Shown here: piece after piece, positions 23,701-37,100 of the stretch | How positions within the stretch are numbered: the first letter of the stretch is position 1 | How the letters are laid out: every line of letters begins with the position of its first letter | NCBI GenBank assembly: GCA_001599295.1 | Contig: BCGN01000001.1 | Span: forward strand, 434,001 to 498,000 | From: Sporopachydermia quercuum | Lineage: Eukaryota | Direction of reading: 5' to 3' | Length of the DNA stretch: 64,000 bases | Translations under genes and position numbers: made by a program | Notes under the pieces: model-generated | The model's database searches: none | What the model saw: only the letters and a program-made list of their open reading frames with translations | What the model was told of the DNA's origin: nothing

Positions 23701-26700
23701 TTGCAAATGAGAACCTAAACATAGCACTTCAATAGTTCGAAAATTAACAATATTTACCATCCTGCAATCTGGACTAGACTGAGTTGAAAACATAATCAAG
23801 CCGCAGCAGCTGAAAGAAAATCTATAGAAACCAAATCTTGTTAAATTATTTGAGACCCTAAATGTGTGGTTATAAATATAAATAATTACAGGATTCTTTC
23901 ATTNGATCCTGATTCATTCTTAAACATTGGTGATTTATTAATCCTTGTCCTTACCCATTAAATATTGTTTTCGAAAGTCCTGTTCTGTGGAATCATATCT
24001 TTCATGGATCTGAATATATTGGTGCTTTCTCGAGTCTTCAAGAAGAATGGTCTACGATATGTATACAGTGGATTGCTTCGCATTCTGACATTTCTTTGAA
24101 GCTTAAGAATGTACAGGCGTTATCTCGTTCTACCTTCTAAATATCCAGTTTATATAGGTGCATTTATGTATTTAGCAGTTTATATTTAAAATAGTCTAGT
24201 AGCTTGGTATAGTTGCAGTACAATCATGTGCTCAGCACTTGGGGGTTAAGTACAAAACTGAAAATATTGTTGCAAGGCAAGCAACGTTGACTTACACAAA
24301 ATAGTATATCAAATTTAGCTGGGACTATCATATCATACTGACGCTGCCGAAATACTTTTGTTTTTCAAAGAGATGAACCAAACGACTAGAGGCGGCCCAC
24401 TACTTAAGTGTTCTCTTTCACCTTCTCTTCCTTTTGTGCAAAAAGAGACTCTTTTTCTATAAATAAATCTTAAATGCATGTCGGAAGAGGATGCTCAGGC
24501 TTGCATTTTTCATCAATGTGTTAGAATATTTTGCAGATCACTGGATAAATAGTGTGATTAAGAATGGAACCGTANTCCAGCGCCTAAGGGGTACCGACGA
24601 AGAATCGTGGTAAAGCAGAGAGAAAAGACTGCTAATTGGAGAACACAACTACGAAGTGAAGACAACAAATTCAGGAAGAATATAGAGTTGAATAATATCA
24701 TAGAATCACAATTAATTAAACTTTCTTCAAAGGAGGGCGGAGCAACAGGGAAGGGTATTAAGAACCAGGCTTCTTTTCGGAGAGTCGTCATGTATCAATT
24801 TTGTGAGGGGAATCAAAAATGTATTGGATAGCTGGTTTGTGTTAAATGTTTTAATGACAATGATAATCCCACTCCAATAAAACTATTAATTGCAGAATTA
24901 AATCAAGGAAGACAAAGAAGTTGAAAAAATCAATTCTGCTTCTGTCATTCGCGTGAAACTCTACCATTACATATAGTGAACGCACTTTCTGTTTAGTTGT
25001 CCCATAGGTTTTATTTTGCAATTGAAGGTCATTCATATCTGTCCAAGATAAAGAGAATAAATGGTACATCAAAGATAAGTGTATGGCAGTTTAAATCGTG
25101 GAAGTATATCTAAATGGAATATCAAGACGCTACCAAGTTTCAGGCTTGCTAATGTACTCTAGCAATTGAGGCTCGGGGTAGGCGTGAAAGACTACGAGAT
25201 TCTTAGAAAAGCAGTTGAAGAGAAGCACTATGCATCATAATTTACCCTTCAATGCCTATCCCTGTCGCAGTTAAAAGACAATCTACTAATTCTTCTTAGG
25301 GAAGCAAATGCTCCTTTGGAAATGANCAAGGGAATTTTTCCTTTCATTGAAGGAGTTGTTGGTTGGCTTTTTCATATAGAGGCAAACAAAGTACTGAGTG
25401 ATTAATCAATTCTACACAATTCCGAAAAATAGAAACATCGGTTCTGAGTTAGCTGCAATGGCCATATTGAGATTTGCCCGATTTTTAGGCTTTTTTCCAT
25501 TATATATATATATACACTAATATATGAGATTACTCCAAAACCGGAAATACAAATGAGACTGAGAATACCGTGATGATATGATATGACTTGACTAACTACT
25601 AGTTCAGGATCTACAGAAATTGCTTCCGAGACTTGAAAAGAGTTAAGGATTGTCGAAAGAGTGAAATGGAAATATGGTAGATATACAATAAGCAGACTTC
25701 AGACAAGAATGGATGGTGCGAAGAAGATACGAAACTAGATAGTGTTAGAATTATCACTATCTTGTTTTCTTCAGCGTTTCACCGTTTCGTTTGAACACCA
25801 GTTGTTTAAAAAAGTAGGTAGCAAATTACATTATAGAAAATTCCCAAACCAATCAAGAGACTATGAAACAGTAGTATTTATTCCATTCTAATGTATGCAT
25901 ACACGCGATGCCAAACAGAAGATATTTTATAATACAGCAGCATGACAGATCCCAATGGGAGTACCATTAGCCGATGACATCATTCATCACCATGATCCTA
26001 TTGCCAAAGATTTCTTGGTGAATATTAGTCAATTGTTTTGAGACTTTCTTTTCTTGGCCATAGCTTTTACCAATAGAGTAGTCTCAAGAATCACAACGTT
26101 CATACTCTCACCAAATAATCTTTCGCAAGCTGTTTAAAACTCACCAATTCATCACCATATTTCTGTCACTGTACCCATGTATGTAATACCTAGTTAATCC
26201 ATGTTATGTAAGTAGAGAAGAGAAGAGAAGAAAGTCACCAAAAAGGAGTCTGTCTCAGAAAACCCACACTTTTTTATACACTACACTACTTTATTGCATA
26301 ATTTACAGTACTGNGAACTTAAATTAAACTTATACATAATTATGCATATTAATGCATACTGTCCCCTCAAGTAAGGAGTAATTGGCCACTACCACANAAT
26401 TAAACACGTGATATTTGCATATGAATGATTAGGCGTTAATCATGCTCATATGGTTACCCTGTCTAAATGTAAAACTAACTCTGTGAACTTGAAGTCAAAG
26501 TCTCAAATACATCCATCACTTACCTTCTAGATTGGGAAATCTAACAAACTAGTCAGCGAGGCTTCATATAAGAAATATAAGTGGATACATATACCATGCG
26601 GTGGTATGAACGATATATATTTTTTTCTATAATTTATGTGACTTTGAAAAGTTGGTACTTGATGAGCTGTATATAATACTTCTTACTCCAATATTTTGAA

Positions 26701-26870
26701 CTGTCCTTATTCCCTGGGTACTTGCATNGCACTCATCATTCACCGGATACTGGTACATTGCATTGAAATCTTTTATGCACTGAAATCACCAACTTTTACT
26801 CAAGGATCAGTATCCATTGCACTGGATTTGATCACAAGAAGTCATTCTTCTTAGTCGAGTAGCTAGGGTA

Positions 26871-27701
26871 ATGAGTGATTCGATGGTAACTGAAGTTCAC
26901 ACAAGTTCTACAAAGGTTCATCGCTCAGTGCTCAGATGTTTTACTCATAATGACAAAGGCAAAGCCAAAGGATCTCCAGAACAACGTACTTTCCTGTCAA
27001 AGATTCATACTTCTCTCTTCAAGGTTTTTGTTTCACGGAACAAACAAAATCATAAAAGTATCCTTAACAAGAAGAAATCTAGGCATCTCTCGAGAAAGCA
27101 AGTATTTGGTGAGTTATTCCTAAATTCTGACTCAGATTCTTCTATTTCTTCGACTTTGTTAGAACCAGAAGTAGGGGGAATGGTCGCTCACTCTGGACAA
27201 TTTCATGAGGAACAAAGCTTGAAAGCAGCGAATCCAATTCAGTCTTCAGCGATTCTACCAGAAACAGATGAGTTGGTTGCAAAACCCTGCTCACTTGATG
27301 GGAGCNGGAGTCTAAGTATAGATGACCGCTCACGATATCTGTATTCAAAATTCGACACCTTAGGTTTAGATTTTAATGGAAGCTGTGANCTTCGTTTGGA
27401 GTATCTGAGAAACAATCCAGAAGGTGGTTTGGAGTTTTGGCAACGTAGAAGGGAAGTTTGGACTGGGATACCACGGTCGGCAAAAAGAAATAANGACTCT
27501 TTGGATCCTTTAGTCAGGGACCATATAAAAAGAAGGATTGCTGAAACATCTATACAATACATACAGAAAGATTACTACAAAGATATATACGCTAATCTAG
27601 TGGAGAAAAACAAAAGGTTGAAAAAAAACTTGAATCTTGCAGATGCGGTAAAGATTATTCACGAAGGTTGGATGCATTCCGATCAATGGCCTCCCAAGTA
27701 A
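26871..27701 (+). CDS. DUF4050 / YLR407W-like protein
   Basis: 276 aa; C-terminal GLEFWQRRREVWTG...IYANLVEKNKRLKKNLNLADAVKIIHEGWMHSDQWPP pattern, with a low-complexity N-terminus. Confidence 0.75.
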   Translation: MSDSMVTEVHTSSTKVHRSVLRCFTHNDKGKAKGSPEQRTFLSKIHTSLFKVFVSRNKQNHKSILNKKKSRHLSRKQVFGELFLNSDSDSSISSTLLEPEVGGMVAHSGQFHEEQSLKAANPIQSSAILPETDELVAKPCSLDGSXSLSIDDRSRYLYSKFDTLGLDFNGSCXLRLEYLRNNPEGGLEFWQRRREVWTGIPRSAKRNXDSLDPLVRDHIKRRIAETSIQYIQKDYYKDIYANLVEKNKRLKKNLNLADAVKIIHEGWMHSDQWPPK

Positions 27702-28720
27702 TAAAATACTCATATAAACATTCAGAAAGTACTATATTCACATCAAAGCTATAATATTGCATGTATACTTACAAAATATATTCTAATCTTCAATCTGCTG
27801 CAATCAGTTTTACCGCAAATTCTGTAATTCTTATTTTTTGATCCAATATCTCTGCCCAGTGTTGAATATCTCCTGTTTCCTATGTTATGCTATATTAGAT
27901 CAGGTTATGAAAGGTACTCACTTGATCAGACGTACATACTTTGAGAATTTTGTTTGCTTGTTCAACTTGAACGCTACTTCTCTTGCGAGCTTTTATTAGA
28001 TCCATTAACTTAACTTGAAGGTTTTCATTTTGCACTGTTATCAGCTCATCGGTTCCATGTATTTGAGTAGATCTTTTCGTTAGTTTGATTTCTCAGAAAA
28101 TAATACCTAACTGAATATTTATTATTGACGTACTTGTCTAAAAGCTCACTCTCTGACTTTTCGACTAGGTGACCAAGATCTTGTACAAGTTTTTTTCTTT
28201 GAAAGGCTGAATTCTCATGTTAGCTCAAACTTGATAGAGTAAAGCCGCAAATGGTGAGAATATAAATGTTCTTACTCGCAAGCTCTTGATCTTTATGTAA
28301 TAAAGACTTAGCTACTTTCAAAGATCGGTCATCATTTGTGGCTCCCATATTTTAGTTGAAACAATTCAATCGAGCTCATGATTCTTTTTTTTGCCTCTTT
28401 ATTGTTTGGTTAGTCTCTCTGGTCAGTCATATCGCTCTAATTGAAGAAAGAGCATACGAGATCATGATGGTTTGAACCTATTAATATGTACAATGATAGA
28501 GTAAGATATTGTTGTCCCAAATCAGGTATGTGGTATCATTGAAAACAACCTATATCTCTTTTGGAAAGTCACACTCATACTTTCTTACCTACTTCTAATC
28601 TATTTAATCAAATTTTCGAAGAAGGAGAATGACAAAAATACTTAATTATTCATTGATATATTATTCGGAACAATATTTCTTCTGTTGTTTGAGGAATCCA
28701 TCCTTTTGAAACTCGATATC

Positions 28721-30071
28721 ATGAGTGTCGAAATAGAGAATGAGGTTGTTCTAAGTCAAGAACAAACCCTGAACAAAAATGAGGAACAGAACGAAAACAC
28801 TGTAGAAGATTTATTTGGTGAAGATAGTGAAGAAGAGAGGTATGTGAATTAGATCCTATTTGAACTCAACTCATGTTGAATAAGCAAACTAACATAGTGT
28901 AGATCTGTGAATGAGGATGATGACATACCAGGATCTCCTCGTCAGATACACAATTACAATGAAGATGAGAACGACGGTAGTGGAGAGGAACAGGAAGACG
29001 AGATAGAAGAGAAGGTCTTAGAAGTTTCCATTCCTCAGCACGCTTCTTCTCATAGTGGTGATGACGGAGTAAGTAAATACAGATTTTGGATGTTTGTTAC
29101 TGATCAATTACGGAACTATTGCGTGATACTAACTTTTCACTCAGGTATCCATAGTGCGAATGCCAGCTTTTCTCGCTGTGGCTCCCACTCCTTTCGATCA
29201 TGCAAAATATTTAGAACAGTTGGAGATGGAGAAGGAGCACGAAAGTGACCTTTCCAACGATGAGAAATTTATGAGGAGGTTGGCTGGAGAGAATACTATA
29301 CGGTGGAGATATACTCAGGACGAAACTGGAAAAGTGACTAAGCAGTCTAATGCGCATTTTATCGGATGGTCGGATGGGTCTCTTTCTTTAAGAATAGGCA
29401 GCGAGATGTTTGATGTAATATCCAAACCAATGCAGGATACATATCTAGCTCAGTCGCATGAAGTACAGGAAATTTTACAAGCGTCTGCTCATTTAGGATC
29501 TTCTTTGAGCTTTGTCCCAGTGTCTATGTCGTCCCAAACACATTTGAGACTATCAAAACATTTGATTGATAAGAACACAAAGGTCTCATTGATAAGTAAC
29601 ATTATTACGAGTCATGATCCTGAAAAACAAAAGAAAGATGCTGAAAGACAAGAAGAACTGAATTTGAAAGCAAGGAGGAAACTGGAGCAAAAGAGACGAG
29701 CCCAAGAAGAGAAACTGGAAAGAACTGATGGTTTTAGTAAATATAGCCGAGATTTGCACAATGAGAGTGAAATTGACAATATGTACGATAGAAAGTCATA
29801 TCGTGATAAGTATGAAACGGATGATTTTATTGTTGATGATGACGATGATGATGAAAATGATGATGAAAATGATGAGGATGAAATTCGAGCAAGCAGATTG
29901 AGGAAAGTGAAAGCTGATGGTCATGCGAATTATGACAGTGAAGAAGATGATTTGGATAATCTATTGGATAATAGCACCTCACCCTTGAAAGAGGAAAGTG
30001 TAAATCAAGAATCGGAGGCTATTTCTGTCAGAAAGAAGAGACGCGTTATTGAAGATGACGATGATGAGTGA
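28721..30071 (+). CDS. LEO1: Paf1 complex subunit Leo1 (3 exons, 403 aa)
   Basis: Exons 28721-28839, 28903-29068 and 29145-30071 (donors GTATGT and GTAAGT, ACTAAC branch sites). Motifs EDLFGEDSE, RMPAFLAVAPTPFD, ENTIRWRY, SNAHFIGWSDGSLSLRIGSEMFD; acidic tail. Confidence 0.93.
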
Positions 30072-30700
30072 GTGATTGTATATGTCTTTCATATGAATAT
30101 TTGGTTTGTTTTCATGCAATTCTTCGAGAGTTGAGAAAAGTTAGATGAGTATTATTAGGGTAAATGTCTGAGAAGAATTCAAGGTTTTCGTATTTACTAT
30201 CTCGAGTCATATTTGGAAGAATCAGTAGGAAACAGAAGAAAAGCAATCACAAACAGCCAATTATCGCATCTATCGAGGTGTCATCCAGATATGTTCAAAA
30301 AATTGATCTATCCATAAATTCGAACAGTGTTCATAGATTTTTCTTAAAAGCAAAACTGCTTGCTAAGATATGAACCGATATGAAAACGATGGAATACGAT
30401 TTTGTTAATCTTCAGTAGCTTCTTGTTACAAAGCCATGCAAGACAGGTAGCAAAGAGATCTACCATGAATAATAATAATAAATAACTATCATTCTATTAT
30501 TGTTTCCTCATTATTTCAGATAAGTGGAACAACAAGCTAACTTTTAAATTCAAACTTTAAACTTTCAAAAATCAGATCTAGAATGATTATTTTTCATTTT
30601 ATTATTTTATTATGTAATAATTTAATTTACCTTACAGTTTCGATTGCTCTACAGAAAATCGGATGAACAATTAGTTTTACTTATATGAAGTAAGGCGATT

Positions 30701-30731
30701 CACTGTTTTGAACACTGTTTGACACTGTTTG
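30701..30731. repeat. Three near-tandem CACTGTTT units in the MAE1 upstream region
   Basis: cactgttttgaa-cactgtttga-cactgtttgg. Confidence 0.55.
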
Positions 30732-31326
30732 GGAATGGGCCATTTATCCATCGAACAGCCTCAGCTGAACACAAGTACACCAATACTGTACGCGTACACA
30801 TGGACTCATAAATTTACATTGGCTTCTGAAATTCCCTGCAGCTAACTAGTGAGTGAATAAATATTATTCCATGTTCAAACAATAAAATATCAAAACTGAG
30901 AGAATGGCAAAATTAAGGTACTTTGATAAAAAAAGTTGTTGCTGCAGTATTTATTTATCCTGAATGAATTTTTTCTCCTGCCCAGTTAGCGTACATACTC
31001 GATGATAGATCTCCAACATAACATAACTGAGGAACGAATGGCTCTTTCCCACTTCGGTTATACAATTTTAATTATTCTTTGGGAATCACACATTAAGCGA
31101 TTTCCTAAATGGGAGAGGAAGGGATTACTTTGCTTCTGACAATTGGTGATAATGGAGTTGATGAAGGTTGTTGCACCTTCATTGTTAACTTTTTGCTTTC
31201 CTTTCTTTTTGAAAGTCCTGAAAATATTTATAAGGTTAGGGAGAAAGATTTCGATGGAGTAATTCGTTAGGAGTGCTGTTTAATCAACGATTTGATCTTA
31301 ACCCATTGCGTTGGATGTTATGATTC

Positions 31327-33776
31327 ATGTTGAGGCTGTTAAAGATGTTAGGCTGTTCTAGAAGCACAATCGATGCTATTCGTACCATTAGTGAAAGAGG
31401 TTTCAGGAGAATTTCCTTCTCCATATACTTGCGCGGACCTCGAGCCACTGCATTTTCCACCAGTGCTCCCAAGCTCAAAGCACCCAAAGTTTCAAAGCTT
31501 TCTGTTGAAGGACCCATTGAGTGTCATTTATCCGTAAGTTGAAAATTACATACCCAGATTATATTGAGAGCAGCGGTTGGCTCATGTTGAGCATATGTGA
31601 AATAAATCTTCTGGAGCATATACGTTTCCATATTGTCTCCGAATTTCTGTATTATTATATGCTAACACGTTGTTCGATGTAGGGTTTCAGTCTATTGAAT
31701 TCACCGCTATATAACAAAGGTTCTGCATTTTCAGAACAAGAGCGAAACGATTTTGGTCTGAACGGCCTTTTACCAAGTGCTGTCAACACTTTAGGTAAGT
31801 GATCAAAAAAATTTTACCTCTTCCAATTTTGAAGTACATTTTGGTTTATCGCCTTTCGGCTTTTTGCCTCGCTGTTCTTGCTCCTGGTACTTGTCATGTA
31901 AGCTTTGTGCTTGATTATTTCTAGATCAAAAGATTGACGAAAATAATAAACGAAAGTCGTCATNGGATGAAAATGCTGAGCAAATATTTTCTTCTATTGA
32001 AATGATTCGAGCTCCATTGATTATGCCAGAGTTAGTGTTGTGAGCAATAAGTCAGTTGCAAGCAGGAGCCGGCAGTTTGATATTCTATTTATATTAACAT
32101 TTGGATGTAGATCAACAGGCTGAAAGAGCTTATAAGCAATTTCAAAAACTTGGCTCGGATTTAGAAAAAAATGAGTTTTGCACAAGTATGCGAATTCAGA
32201 ACAAGGTTCTTTTTTATGAGCTTGTCCGAAGACACATCGAGGAGATCTTTCACATTGTATGTAATATATAGTATGGACCTTCTTCATACAGTTACTCCAG
32301 AGCTTTTTCTAACATTATAATTAGATCTATACTCCTACGGAAGGAGATGCAATTATGAGATATTCTTACATGTTCAGAAAACCTGAGGGGTGTTTTTTGG
32401 ACATTACAAAGCCAGAGGAGATTGATGATCGTTTGAAATCGTTTGGCACTAATAACGATGTTGACTATATTGTTGTATCTGATGGTGAAGGTGTATTGGG
32501 GATTGGAGATCAAGGTGTCGGTGGTGTCAGAATTGCAATTGCGAAGTTAGCTCTAATGACTATTTGTGCTGGGATTCACCCTGGTAGAGTCATCCCGATT
32601 GTTTTAGACGTCGGAACAAACAACGAGCATTTATATAATGATGAACTGTATCTGGGAAATAAGTTTTCGAGAGTGAGAGGAGAAAAGTATTATGACTTCG
32701 TAGATAAGTTTATCAAAAGCGTAAAGCGAAACTACCCATCTGCAGTTCTTCATTTCGAAGATTTCGGTGTCAAAAATGCCCGAAATATTTTACAGAAGTA
32801 TAGGAATGAAGTTCCTTGTTTCAATGATGATATTCAAGGCACTGGAGCTGTTGTGATGAGTGCAATCACGGCCGCTTTGATCGCTACCAAGCAGAAACTG
32901 GAGGACATAAAAGTTGTAGTTTTTGGTGCAGGTTCTGCGGGTCTAGGGGTAGCTGATCAAATTGTTGCAAATCTTATGTCCCATGGCTTAACGGCTGAAG
33001 AAGCTAGAGACAAGATTTTTTTGGTTGACAGGCCTGGTCTCCTTTTACGATCCATGGAGGACTCTGATATTATGTCTCCATCTCAAAAACCATTTGCAAA
33101 GAATGATCAAGAGTGGGAAGGAGTAGACTCCACTTCATTATATGAAATCGTCAAAAATGTAAAGCCAAATGTGCTGATTGGATGCTCTACTAAACCTAAA
33201 GCTTTTACAGAAGAGATTGTTAAGGAAATGTACAAACATTGTCCAAAGCCTATTATATTTCCTCTAAGTAACCCTACTAGATTACATGAAGCTTTTCCCG
33301 CTGATTTATTAGAATGGACAGAAGGAAATTCACTGATTGCTACTGGATCACCGTTCAAGCCAGTGAATGGAAAAGTCATTTCAGAGAATAATAACTGTTT
33401 CACATTCCCTGGTATTGGATTGGGAGCAGTTTTGTCACGATCATCTCGTATTACAGATAATATGATTGCAGCAGCTGTTGACCAACTAGCTAAGTTGTCT
33501 CCTATCTTACAAGATCCTAACGGAGGATTATTGCCTCATGTTCAAGATATACGTGAGGTTTCTGCTCTTGTAGCAGTTGCTGTCATTCAAGCAGCAGTGA
33601 ATGATGGTGTTTCAAGAGTCTCCCAAGAGATTATGCCCAATTCAAATTTCGAACACGTCCAAATTCCAGACGATCATGACGAGTGCTTGGAATGGGTTAA
33701 GAAACAAATGTGGAAGAGTGAGTATAGACCGATGGTTAAAGTTGATGCAGACGATAATGTTGATCATAGATACTGA
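31327..33776 (+). CDS. MAE1: Mitochondrial malic enzyme (4 exons, 638 aa)
   Basis: Exons 31327-31533, 31683-31794, 32111-32256 and 32325-33776. Arg/Ser-rich presequence, [64 protein letters not shown]. Confidence 0.96.
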
Positions 33777-33924
33777 ATGATTATTTTTGGTTGCTAGTAA
33801 CTCGTATTACCTTGAGCGACTGACATGACTGCATCTTGCAAACCATTGTATAGTTAAATTAAACACACAATACTAAATGTTATAGATATACAGAATTAAG
33901 GCGTGTTTGGTGAAGTATTTACTA

Positions 33925-33925
33925 C

Positions 33926-33962
<37 letters not shown>

Positions 33963-33990
33963 GTTATTATTATTATTATTATTATTATTA
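33925..33990. repeat. (TTA)n microsatellite, about 22 units with one TTG interruption
   Basis: Read directly, between the convergent 3' ends of MAE1 and TTI1. Confidence 0.95.
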
Positions 33991-34183
33991 GAAAACTTAT
34001 ACGTGCTTGATATATGACCACAAAATAATGATTGAACTTGAAAATAGATGTTTGTATTACCATATATTCCTTTAATACCTAAAAAGGCCTTCTATGAAAG
34101 GTAATATATATATATTGGCTATGTAGATGTCATGCACTTTCTCCGTGAAAACATGATTTTTCAGACACCAGATACTGCTGAGA

Positions 34184-37100
34184 TTACACCATTCCGAAGT
34201 CGTGAATGGACATTAAATCATTATAGTTGGTAGTCAAATAACCCTTCAATTCATTCAAGTTTTCTGAAAGTATGCCTCGTGTATCAATAGGCCTTTTCTG
34301 AACGAGTCTTATTAATTGCATTGTTGTCTCTATCATCGATTCTGCAATTGTCCTGCGAACAATACCAGTCTTCATCATGGAAGTTAAGCATTTGATATAG
34401 CAATTCAAAGTAGAATCTTGAATAGGCCATTCAACCAGTAAGTCTTCGTTCGCACTTTGGTTCCTAATAGATGATAANGAGTTGATCTCCCGTAATGTTT
34501 CTATGTTATGTTTATTGGAATTGTTGTCTGATAGTTGAACCTTCCCATTTGAAGCTATAGGAAGCAAAATAGTTGGTTTTTCTTTGACTTCTACCAAGTG
34601 AGTCTTCATGGACGACGATTTGGACCTGATAAAAGGCTTGTTTGATGCTTTCAAGAATGAAGATAACTGAAATCTTACATCAATCCACACCTCTTCCAGC
34701 CGAGTGCTCATAAAGTCACCTCCATATTCGAACATAGCACTTACGCACTCGATATATGCCTCCTTTACGGAGACTTCAGTATCAAACTTCTTTGTTAAAA
34801 CAAGAGGCCAGATCTCGTTTAGTAGAGGGTAGAAGTCCATTTCACTACTTGAAAGAATAAATAATGAAGACGATATCAACCGAAGCAGTCTTGTACGAAG
34901 GTTGGAAGAAGGATGTCCCAAGCATCTACCACAATAAATTACAATTTTTCTAATTAAGAAGTAATTTGTTTTTGATATTTTGGAATCCCATTTGGGTATT
35001 TCATCATTCTCCGCCAGTTCAGTGCCAGATACATCTTGGTCCTCCTCTTCGTTTGAAGGCGATTTCGAAATGTCCTTCTCAATTTCTTCATAGCCTTCGT
35101 ATTCCGTTCCTTGGTATGAATTTTCCGTCTTGCATATGTATTCTAATTTTTGTTGGAAGCTGTTATATGTCTTTGTAAAGTTTCCACTGATGTTTTCAAC
35201 TGTTGTCCTCTCAGAGTTTTCATCTTGTATTGATTCTTGATTCCAGCAGATAGCAACATTGGTTTTCTTCAATATTTTCTGAGACTCTTCTATGAAGTAC
35301 CCGAAGAAAGCAAAAAAGTTCTCTAAAAGCTTCGAGTAATTATAGAAATTATCTATAACGGAAAATATGGAGCTCATAATATCATCCATCAAAGGTAAAA
35401 CTTCTTGTCCTCCTAAAGTTATCAATAAACTAAGAAAAACGGGTATTTCAGGGGTGATATCCAAAGATACTAGCTTACTTGATATTGCGTCAGTTAAGTA
35501 GTCCAAATTTTCGACAATGAGAGTCTTAGGTGACTCATAGCCTGCTGATAGAGCAACGTTGTATAGAAATGTTTTCGCTTGTTCTCTAACAATCATACTC
35601 TCATCTCCCATGAACCCCACGACAAAATACATGATTTCGGCAAGTTCATCTCGCACGGCGTCTCCTAAAATCTGTATAGATGAATACAAACCAGATAGGG
35701 CAATGAATTTAAGAGTGTTTATTTCCGCTATAGTCGTCTCCTTACCGCCAAAGGTGTGCTGCTCTTCGCTGAGGTAATGCTTAAACTCATCAAAAAGCTC
35801 ATACGCAAACTCTTGGATTTCAGAACTTTTTAACAGACCACTTTTATCCTGGACATCGCTTTCATCGAGCTCAATCCATTCGGACAAATTATTATCGTTT
35901 TGCTCAAAGGTGTCGTTCTTAGTGCTTCTGAGAATTCCACGGATTGTGTATAACTTCAATAAAAACACATTAATCTTAGAATCTGCACTGACAGATTCTT
36001 CCAGCTCATTATAAACCTCAACAAATGAAGTTAAAGAATCCAAAGGCATAGTGCTGATGGCATCAAACAACCGTAATATTGCTTCCTGAAGATCTTGACT
36101 AGGAAAATTATTAAAACCTAACGTCTTATAATCTACTATTGTTGATTCTTGCTTTACTTCTTCATTGTTAAATGACAATACTTCTAAAATGGATTTTTGA
36201 TCGCTCGGATTGTCACTGAATATGAGCTGTTTACTTGATTCAAATCTCAAGCATCCTGATAAGTTCCTAAGTAATTGCGTATAAAGCATCATTTCGGTCC
36301 ATCCATGGTGCGGGTAAATGAGCTTGTGATTCATNATGAAATTGAAAGCGGCTGTTATGCATCTGATTATCTCTAGTAGTTTGTTTTCGTTGGAAAATGA
36401 AGAGAAAGTTGGCAGAGAGTTTATCCATTCCAGGATCCTACTCATTAAAACTTCTCGAAACTCATTGGATACAGCTAGTTCATGTTCGATGTATTTTGTT
36501 ATACTTAGTACCACTTTCCTATTGGCTGATGAGGCTATGAAAATTATTGAGTCGATAAGAATTGGTATCAAAGTATCTAGGGTGTATATGCAATTTTCAA
36601 GTATTTTCTTACAGAATTCCAGTACGCTGAGCTGTATTTCTGATTTCTGATGAGCCCTGAAATGAATTACCGATCCAATTGCAATTCGAACTTGCTCTTT
36701 GGTCGCTTTCAACCAAGATACGCTTCTAATTCCTTTGGCTCTACCTTGGTCATTGAATACTTTGACGTTTTGTTCGTGCTCTTGTTGTTGCAGTTTGAAA
36801 GACTCGACTGACGCTTTGATTGTGCTCAAAGAAATGTTCTGTGATAAACATACTTCTGGAAAATCTTTGTCGGGAAACACACTGCTTATTATATTACTTA
36901 ATAGCGAAAATGACTTTGAGATAACGTTATAGTGAGTTTTTGGGCGATAGCTCAAAAGTTCATTGGGAAACCCATCATTTTCATCCGTCGTCCTCTGTGT
37001 CGCTTCAGAATTTAGTTCATATTTGCTGTTTATCACCTTGGTAATTTTTGAAACAATACCAGGTAGGATAATAGCTAGCAGATCACCATTTCTTTCCAAT

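Noticed and set aside
22185..25400. Short ORFs as a transposon or integrated plasmid/virus
   Set aside because: No transposase, polymerase or capsid motif was recognisable; kept only as part of the gene-poor region finding.
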